DNA of 64,000 nucleotides from positions 62,342-126,341 of IMG/VR virus record IMGVR_UViG_2706795740_000001; one strand, 5' to 3'. The position numbers were made by a program, and so were the translations under genes. This document shows positions 57,036-64,000 of the stretch, piece by piece; position 1 is the stretch's first letter, and each line of letters starts with the position of its first letter. Origin of the DNA: a virus. Lineage: Duplodnaviria > Caudoviricetes. The notes under the pieces were generated by a model. That model was not told the DNA's origin, did not search any database, and saw only the letters and a list, made by a program, of their open reading frames with translations.

Positions 57036-57338
57036 TTATAATTCCAGTTCTTCCAATGAACTCTTAATATCACTGACCTCATCAAACGCTTCCTCGATCG
57101 TTTCTAACCTGTCTTGCAGGTCATTTAAAAAATCCCTATGTTCTTCTAGTTTGTCATATTTATCTTGTTGTTTGTCAGTCAATTCATCTTTCTCATCTAA
57201 CTTTTCAATCTCGTCGTCAACTTTATCAAGCAGATCAGAAACTTCTTCCTGCAATTCTTTTAATTCCGCAGTAGCAAACCCATCGTCAATAGTTTCAGCC
57301 AATCGGAGCAATTTCTTTTTATCCTTCACTTTAATCAT
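57036..57338 (-). CDS. Highly acidic coiled-coil protein
   Basis: About 35 D/E in 100 aa; own promoter and terminator. Confidence 0.65.
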   Translation of the reverse strand: MIKVKDKKKLLRLAETIDDGFATAELKELQEEVSDLLDKVDDEIEKLDEKDELTDKQQDKYDKLEEHRDFLNDLQDRLETIEEAFDEVSDIKSSLEELEL

Positions 57339-58453
57339 TACTTACCTTCTCCTTTTCCCAATTCAAATGTACTTGACTAAACAAATTATATAACATGATT
57401 TGGAGTATTGTCAATACCCCGATAAACTAGAATCGACTTATGTTGATATCCGTCATTGCATGCTGACCGTACCGACTGGAGACCAGCAGTAAAAATCGCC
57501 CGGTTTTTTAGAGTCGCCGCCTAATATAGTATTTTCATCTTTATCTATCTCCGGGCCATTCTAGCAATGTCGGGCTTATAACTAATCAGCATATCTGATA
57601 GACTCCTTAGTTAATACCCCTGCCGAGCCACAATTAATAATCAGAGAATTTTTCCTGTGGGCAAGCACTTTCTAACCTAGCGCCATTCCATTTGTCAATA
57701 GTTTATCAAAAAAAATTATTTTTGTCAAATTACCTATTGACAAATAGTTTTGATCACGTTCTAAATTTATTGTCAATATGTTTTTATATTTTCATTTTAT
57801 AATCAATAGGCAACGCCCTTCGAATACACGTTCCCACAAACCTATTCCACGAAAACCCATTCCATACTATTCTTATTTAGATAATCGGATTTCATATATA
57901 AAACTTATTTCAGTTTGTCAAGCGATCATAACATTTCAGTTTTGTCAAAGATCATATAATTTAATTTTGTCAATAAGGATCAATTAAATTTTATTTGTCA
58001 ATAGGGGTTAACTGGTGATTTTAAATTGAGAATCATTATCAAGCATCGCCACACAGGCAAGGAAGCCTCTAAAATCGTTTGTAATTTTTACCCATAACAT
58101 CATACAGGGTATAGCAAGAAATCGTTATACAAGGAGAAAAAATACTCATACTATTTAGAATCTCAAAAACCTTGTCATTACTACACTATTCCGCCCATAC
58201 ATATACAGGGTATATGTATGGTGTGTCCTTTTCTTATAATTGTGTCCAATCTGTTAATGAAAATCGTTTTTAAGGTTTCATTTTTGCATTATATAGAAGG
58301 AACACATTTTTCTACTCCCTGCAAAACGAATACCTTCTATTATAGCGAAAATATGCAATGAAATTTTTCAACTTTTTTTAAATACCCCCTTTACAGGGTA
58401 TTACAATACGTGTATAGTAGTAATCAAATAAAAGAATGACAACAGAGGCACGC

Positions 58454-58510
58454 TAGAAGGCACATATGGTGCGGCGTTCCCCTCCTGTTAGAAGGCACAT
58501 ATGGTGCGGC
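58454..58510 (+). repeat. 22-bp tandem direct repeat TAGAAGGCACATATGGTGCGGC x2
   Basis: Two exact copies 35 bp apart in the leader of the 58573 gene. Confidence 0.85.
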
Positions 58511-58572
58511 AGGGTAAAACAATAATGAAAAGATTAATCCATACAGATTAAACAAAAGGAAGGTAAGTCATT

Positions 58573-59973
58573 ATGAATAAATTGAGTTTAGAGTCTGATG
58601 CTTTCCTCCGTTCTTCTGCTGTTGCTAGTGGTTTCCTAAACGCCAATATTCACTTGAGAGAAGTGTCAGCATATTATCTGTACAATGAACGTTTTGTCGG
58701 TTTTAACGATTTGGGATTGAATGAGAAAGGTTACACTAGTTTTATCCCTTCTGTTAAATTGAACGTAGAAGACGCTTGGCAGAGGATTGTACACAGTAGT
58801 GAATACGATACATATTTTGCCAAGGTGGTTAAATTTGATAATTTTGAAGAACGTCATGCATGGGGTCAGTTATTTTGGATGGTACGCGGCTTGTGTCATA
58901 AGGACATTATTGCCCGCAATGTTACGCCGGAAATTATCAATCACATTCGTAACAAGAAAAAAGAGTTTGAGAGTTTCAGAAAATGCCCTTCATCCCCTAA
59001 ACTAGCCAAGCTTATCGGTTTCTTGTTTGGCGAAAAAGCAGGCGGAGCAATGGACTGGCTTACAACAAAATGTCCACGGGAAGACAAAGCAGGCAAGTTA
59101 GATGAATATCGAATTTTTATAAGTGTATTGCCGCACAACGTGGCAGGAATGTCGTACTACTCTTCTAAAAATCATGGCGGCTCTTCTTGGCAAGGTCACA
59201 ATGGCACAAGCTGTCAAGACCCGTCACGAACACATAGACATGACTTAATCAATCACCTGCCCGCCTCTTTGTCAGAAAATACTTTAGCTATTGCTTGGTT
59301 GGCTAAACGTGAAAATAATGATATTTGGCATCCGGTGTATGAAGCTAGGGCAAATATTCGTTTAATACCTTGCAAAAACAAAAACTTGTTCTTGATTTGC
59401 TCGGCTTATTTCACTAACCCAACCGCAAGTTCAATACTGATTGAAGGGTTGAAAAATCAATATCCTGAAATGATGATTTACGCTCCTGATGTACAGGTTT
59501 ACGGTGTTGATGTCATGGACATTGAGGTAACTATAGATTCCGTAGAATATGAGGGGCAGAACGTTTGTGAGTGCTATGCGTGTAGCGGTACAGGAGAAGT
59601 GGAAATTGACTGCCCTTCATGCAATGGGCTTGGCGATGAATGTCGAGAGTGTGAAGAATGTGGAGGTTACGGTAGCGTGTGCAGTGAAGACGGCGAAGAG
59701 AAAGACACCTGCTCCTATTGTCATGGAGAAGGCGAATTTAATACAGAATGCGGAGACTGTGGAGGCAATAGGTACTTTCAAGTGGAATGCTCTTCATGCG
59801 ATGGGACGGGATACCAAACCGAATTTGATGACATCTATCTACCCTACATTGATGACACCCATGTAATTCTTTGTGAAAGTGAAATGATAATATATACCCT
59901 CCCCATAGATTTGTTGATTGAAATGGGAGCTATAGACGTGGAATGCGAAGAACTAGAGGAATATGAAGCATAG
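58573..59973 (+). CDS. Protein with C-terminal DnaJ-type CxxCxGxG zinc-finger repeats
   Basis: Six CxxCxG repeats; AGGAAGG RBS. Confidence 0.75.
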   Translation: MNKLSLESDAFLRSSAVASGFLNANIHLREVSAYYLYNERFVGFNDLGLNEKGYTSFIPSVKLNVEDAWQRIVHSSEYDTYFAKVVKFDNFEERHAWGQLFWMVRGLCHKDIIARNVTPEIINHIRNKKKEFESFRKCPSSPKLAKLIGFLFGEKAGGAMDWLTTKCPREDKAGKLDEYRIFISVLPHNVAGMSYYSSKNHGGSSWQGHNGTSCQDPSRTHRHDLINHLPASLSENTLAIAWLAKRENNDIWHPVYEARANIRLIPCKNKNLFLICSAYFTNPTASSILIEGLKNQYPEMMIYAPDVQVYGVDVMDIEVTIDSVEYEGQNVCECYACSGTGEVEIDCPSCNGLGDECRECEECGGYGSVCSEDGEEKDTCSYCHGEGEFNTECGDCGGNRYFQVECSSCDGTGYQTEFDDIYLPYIDDTHVILCESEMIIYTLPIDLLIEMGAIDVECEELEEYEA

Positions 59974-60022
59974 TTAAACGGCGGACATACCCGCCCTACT
60001 CTACCGTATAGGAGGAATTTAA

Positions 60023-60208
60023 ATGTCATTAAGTTATGTTATAAGGTCAGGAGAATATCTAGGATTTTGTGAGAAAAAAGGCTATGTTTATAGTGTTTTT
60101 CGTGGTTACTCTCCCGCAGGTGCGAAACGTTTTGCTGTTGTCTCCCTACTTGGTGGGCAAGTTGATACTCTTATGGTATTTGAAGGGGCGGCTAATTGTA
60201 CAGCTTAG
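60023..60208 (+). CDS. Hypothetical protein
   Basis: AGGAGG RBS. Confidence 0.55.
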   Translation: MSLSYVIRSGEYLGFCEKKGYVYSVFRGYSPAGAKRFAVVSLLGGQVDTLMVFEGAANCTA

Positions 60209-60462
60209 TGGGTATTATTTTATACATTTTAAGGGTATTGACAATACTCCTAAACATGGTATACAATTAATTTATAACCAATGAATGATCTGATACTTAC
60301 TGTAATAAAATTCCAGTACAACAAGGTCATGAACCAGACAGAAATCAAAATACATTGGTTATGCGACGTTTGTAGAAATTCTTTTAGGGTATTGTAAATA
60401 CCCCTAAACATGCTATAGAAAGTATTGATAGAATTAAACAACAATCTAGGAGGAATTTTCCA

Positions 60463-60819
60463 ATGACTGAATTTGAAACAATGATTAACGGTGGCAATGA
60501 AATCAAAAACGCCATTAACTGCGTTATTTTTGATCTAGGAAAAGGCGGCACTTTTGACGCTTGGGTTAACGCCGATTCAATTGTTGAGGTTGAAAGAAAA
60601 TTACCATTGGGCTATGAACTTGATAAGATCACTACCCTGCAAAATTACTTTGCTCCTGCTATCGTTGATGAATTTGAAATCGAAATTAGGAATAGTCAAT
60701 ATATTTACTTTGAAAAATTCACTAGATTATATGACGGTGGCTTTTATAGATACATTGACGCAATGAAGTCAGGGGACTACACAGCCACAGTAAGACTAGA
60801 TAGACAGTCTCGACGCTAA
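60463..60819 (+). CDS. Hypothetical protein
   Basis: AGGAGG RBS; operator and promoter upstream. Confidence 0.65.
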   Translation: MTEFETMINGGNEIKNAINCVIFDLGKGGTFDAWVNADSIVEVERKLPLGYELDKITTLQNYFAPAIVDEFEIEIRNSQYIYFEKFTRLYDGGFYRYIDAMKSGDYTATVRLDRQSRR

Positions 60820-60991
60820 AGCAAGGCGAAACCTACTGCCCTACTGGGGCGGCATGGGTCAGATGTGAAGGCAAACAAGCCCTATATAAATAGTGTTGCG
60901 GCACTTACAAGCCCATTAAGCCGCAAGCGTTAGCCCTTCCGGGGCTAGGTTGGGAAACCAAAAATACCATACTTTTAGGAGTTGATATATT

Positions 60992-61390
60992 ATGTCAAAA
61001 ATGATTCGTTTTACCTTTGACCGCATGGCTACACCTTGGGACAATGAGCAAGGTGCGGCGACTTCCTCCCAATTCTGGCACGTAGCCACTGAAAAGGTAG
61101 AATTTATCCTATCGGATGAACTGACCGCCACGCAAGCCCTAGAAAAAGCCCTAGCCGCCAACTATGTAGGCGGTATGGAAATTATGGTTTTTGAGGATGG
61201 GCGGCTAACTGGAAACCGCATTGAAAATGGAGACGGTAAAGAACTAACATCGGAAGACTGCGACAACTATCAAAAAATTGGAAAACCTATGTATCTGGTT
61301 GATTATTCTATCTATGTCAAGATATATGAGGTAACCGAACCGGACACCGCCGCCCTTTGTAAACTATTTCCAGAACTCAAACAATACTAG
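60992..61390 (+). CDS. Hypothetical protein
   Basis: AGGAG RBS. Confidence 0.65.
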   Translation: MSKMIRFTFDRMATPWDNEQGAATSSQFWHVATEKVEFILSDELTATQALEKALAANYVGGMEIMVFEDGRLTGNRIENGDGKELTSEDCDNYQKIGKPMYLVDYSIYVKIYEVTEPDTAALCKLFPELKQY

Positions 61391-61402
61391 GAGGACTAGA
61401 CA

Positions 61403-61598
61403 ATGAGCAGACCGCAAGCATATGACCCACAGTATGGATATATGTACCAAATATTAGTACGAACTCCCTATGCTAGAGCTTATGAGCTATGCCACCGACA
61501 ACGCAGACCTAAGACACCTATTGACAAACTACCGCCAAGCTTACGGCATAGGCTACACATTCAAAACCGAACCCCTACCCCAAAAGTACTGGAAATAG
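61403..61598 (+). pseudogene. Small phage protein, apparently frameshifted
   Basis: MSRPQAYDPQYGYMYQIL...AYE continues in a shifted frame as YATDNADLRHLLTNYRQAYGIGYTFKTEPLPQKYWK*. Confidence 0.5.
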
Positions 61599-61802
61599 GG
61601 GAAGTTTAGGAGGGAATTTGGACATAGTTCAGGGTGATGGGGTACTTTGAAGGGGTATTTTTATAAAGGATACAAGAGAAATTTTCTATTTCAATATAGA
61701 CTATGGTATGATTTTTTTTCATACGACAAAAAAGGGGAAATTGCAAAGAGGAAGAAGCTAAATAGAATACAGCTTAAATTGAGAATGAAAAGGGGTTTTA
61801 GA

Positions 61803-62345
61803 ATGGCAACGATTGTGTATCATGGTTCTGCAATGAAATTTGATAGATTTGATTATGACAAAATAGGTGAAAATGCTACAGCTGAAGGCTTTGGGTTTTA
61901 CTTTACAAGCAAAAAATCTATTGCGGAAAATTATGCCCATAAAGGGTACTTGTATACAGTGGAGTTTATGGGGAAAAAATCTTTATCGAGTACCAAGAAA
62001 ACAATTACAAAAAATCAACTAAAAAAATTCTTAGAGCGTCTGAATGAAACAGGCGAATATCTATCAAATTATGGTGATATAAAGTATGAAGGTTTTAATA
62101 ATGTTCTGCAAAATGCTGTTGAGTTGGAGTGGGAAAATAGCAACAACGATGTAGACCTTATCTGTTCTATCTGCAATGCATATGGTGGGAAAGAGGAAGT
62201 TTTGACAGAATTGTATAATATGTTTGGTTATGACCATATTCAAATTAACGCCGAGTGGGGAAATAGCGAAGACATTGAAAATTGTCTATTTATTGCAACA
62301 GTCAATGGGGCGTTTAAAATAATTAACGTAGAGAAATTTAAATAA
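61803..62345 (+). CDS. Stand-alone ADP-ribosyltransferase-fold protein (ART-PolyVal-like)
   Basis: VYHGS..KFD.F......GFGFYFT.....A..YA and GYD.I; ATG 61803 after AGGGG. Confidence 0.65.
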   Translation: MATIVYHGSAMKFDRFDYDKIGENATAEGFGFYFTSKKSIAENYAHKGYLYTVEFMGKKSLSSTKKTITKNQLKKFLERLNETGEYLSNYGDIKYEGFNNVLQNAVELEWENSNNDVDLICSICNAYGGKEEVLTELYNMFGYDHIQINAEWGNSEDIENCLFIATVNGAFKIINVEKFK

Positions 62346-62381
62346 GATATAAGTTCTATTTAGAATGGAGGATGAACGATA

Positions 62382-62771
62382 ATGTTACAAGTGAAAATTG
62401 AATTAAATGGCAAAACAATGAGCGATATTGAAGATGCTTTGGAGGAGGCTAAGAAAAAAATATTGGAAGGGTACGGTAGTGGATTTGATAGCAATGACTC
62501 TGGAAGCTATAGCTTTCAAGTAGATGGTGAAGAGGATAAGCCAAGGTATGTGATTGGCGATAGAGTTAGGGTTTCCAGTGAAAACGATAACAAAAATTAC
62601 GACAGCTTTAGAGATAAGGTTCTCATTGTTACAGATGTTGCGTCAAGCAGGGAAGAGCACCAAGGCTACGATGATTCGGCGGACGGCATGGCTTTATACA
62701 GCTTTGAAACAGAAGATGGGGAGGAAGTATCTTGCTCCCTGTACGAACACGAATTGGAGGATGCAGAGTAA
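62382..62771 (+). CDS. Acidic two-domain hypothetical protein
   Basis: GGAGG RBS; SH3-like IGDRVRV. Confidence 0.6.
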   Translation: MLQVKIELNGKTMSDIEDALEEAKKKILEGYGSGFDSNDSGSYSFQVDGEEDKPRYVIGDRVRVSSENDNKNYDSFRDKVLIVTDVASSREEHQGYDDSADGMALYSFETEDGEEVSCSLYEHELEDAE

Positions 62772-62807
62772 ATAAAATATGAATTCATTAATGGAGGGCG
62801 GCAAGGT

Positions 62808-62948
62808 ATGAATAATATTCAAGAGGCACTAAATGCAATAGAAAAGGAATTATATGAGTTGGAAATGGAAGGAGAAAGCAACACCCTGCATTACTGGCAA
62901 CTAATGGAGATACAAGCAAAACTAAAACAGTACATAACACAACTATAG
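62808..62948 (+). CDS. Small hypothetical protein (46 aa)
   Basis: MNNIQEALNAIEKELYELE...; RBS upstream. Confidence 0.45.
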   Translation: MNNIQEALNAIEKELYELEMEGESNTLHYWQLMEIQAKLKQYITQL

Positions 62949-62959
62949 GGGGTTGAGGA

Positions 62960-63121
62960 ATGATAGTGGTAGAAAGACTAGGCAATTATAAAGTAGCAAA
63001 AGACGGTACAAGTTACTACAGAGTATTCAGAGGGAGAAAAAGAATAGGCTCTTTCCTTCAATTGGAAGATGCTAGTAAATATATGAACTCAGATCATGCA
63101 AGAACACAAGCCCAAACATAA
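62960..63121 (+). CDS. Small hypothetical protein (53 aa)
   Basis: MIVVERLGNYKV...; followed by a terminator. Confidence 0.45.
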   Translation: MIVVERLGNYKVAKDGTSYYRVFRGRKRIGSFLQLEDASKYMNSDHARTQAQT

Positions 63122-63136
63122 GGGCTTCTTTTTTTT
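63108..63136 (+). terminator. Intrinsic terminator
   Basis: AAGCCC...GGGCTT followed by a T-run. Confidence 0.8.
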
Positions 63137-64000
63137 GTATTGGGCGGCTCTCCCCCACCGAAAGCCTGCTTATAGCCCTGTATCTCCATATACATATATA
63201 ACTCTAATTGTCAATAGTCATCAAACCTCCTAGAATGCCCTGTATTGTATTCTACCTCTCCCCTAGTACATTTACCCTCAGAACTCGCTAGGACAAAAAG
63301 CATACATTCTCCAATAAGTCAACCTATTGACAAAAATAAATCTTTCGTTCTAGCTGGTTGCGGGCGGCATTCCCCAACTGAAGCCATGTATCCAATAGTA
63401 CTAGTATAGATATAGATCATATAGAACCACATACAAATGTATCTATAAATCACCCTTGTACTTAACCCCTCATCTATATACTTACCTCTCTCTCTAATCC
63501 CTTTACAACGTCTTGAATAAGTACCCCTATATTTTAACCTGTATCTCTCTTCCCTATTTGTTTGCTTATCTATTGATAAATACAGTATAGATAATAGTTT
63601 TCATATGTGCAGATGGGTCTGTATTTCAACCTGAAAATATTACCTTCGCTGCCTCTCTTTTTCACCTCATAGAATGGGCGTACACAAACGAAACATATCC
63701 AGTGAATAAGAATATAGGGACAACACGTAAAAGAGCGTTCAAGGGCAATACAGGCGCTCACAGACGCATTACGTACATTCGTTCCCGTATAGATGTCTGC
63801 CATGTACTTACAAGAGTAGTTCTTCTCTCCTCTCCCCTATAAGCGGAACTCGATGTCAAGTACCAGAAACAGGAAAATAATAGCCCACGTGACCCTGTTT
63901 TGGTCACATAATGCTGTATTATGAGACCATAGCGCCTGAACATTTTACAACTACCCCACCCAGTGCCGAATGAATTCATTTTTCAGTCTCAGCGGCGGTT

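Larger units (their letters stand above)
46571..60403. promoter_or_regulatory. Family of palindromic operators GGGTATTGTMAATACCC overlapping sigma-A -35 boxes
   Basis: Copies at 46571, 49856, 53279, 54884, 55725, 56916, 56992, 57403, 58396, 60233, 60387. Confidence 0.75.
1..64000. mobile_element. Segment of a large SPbeta-like temperate phage/prophage (replication, nucleotide metabolism and early modules)
   Basis: Dense co-oriented phage-type genes: family A polymerase with group I introns, primase, helicase, RecA, RNR, ThyX, Gam, several sigma factors, many small ORFs; no host housekeeping operons. Confidence 0.9.

Noticed and set aside
5530-57393. Many plus-strand ORFs in the track within the minus-strand array
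   Set aside because: Antisense shadows of real genes, with no RBS or motifs
58454-58510. 22-bp repeat as a mini CRISPR array
   Set aside because: Only two copies with a 13-nt spacer
60826-60870. Hammerhead ribozyme (GAAAC...GUC)
   Set aside because: No CUGANGA core on either side
1-64000. tRNA, rRNA, reverse transcriptase, integrase or structural genes
   Set aside because: No cloverleaf, rRNA or corresponding protein motifs seen by eye; a tRNAscan-SE/Infernal run would be needed to exclude small RNAs fully

Overview
The window is the replication, recombination, nucleotide-metabolism and early-gene part of a large SPbeta-like temperate phage or prophage of a Bacillales host. A Paenibacillaceae (Brevibacillus-like) host is my inference, not a search result. 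No capsid, terminase or integrase gene is visible. Layout: 1-4400 AT-rich accessory (moron) genes; ~4500-57400 an almost continuous minus-strand array; 57400-58570 a non-coding divergence point; 58570-63120 plus-strand early genes. The minus-strand array includes DnaQ-like exonuclease, two thioredoxins, three sigma factors, Gam, HU, SLT, dNMP kinase, class II RNR, RecA, RuvC, Rnl2-type RNA ligase, ATP-dependent DNA ligase, family A polymerase split by two group I introns, SSB, primase, DnaB, ThyX, DnaC-like loader, replication initiator, RtcB and SNF2 helicase. Structure read directly from the DNA: (i) 17 copies of a fixed-spacing promoter GCAACT-N16-C(G/C)ACCATA, probably read by the phage ECF-like sigma; (ii) about 11 copies of a palindromic operator GGGTATTGTMAATACCC over sigma-A promoters of early genes; (iii) two LexA/SOS boxes in front of the replication operons; (iv) three dif-like 11-6-11 sites at exact 50-bp spacing; (v) an array of small genes separated by Xer/dif-like junction sites, containing a hidden interrupted FtsK-gamma gene; (vi) candidate anti-defence and effector genes (Acb2/Tad1-like sponge, two RNA ligases, stand-alone ART, a zincin fusion with a Cys-rich partner). 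Product names come from motif recognition by eye; no database search was run.
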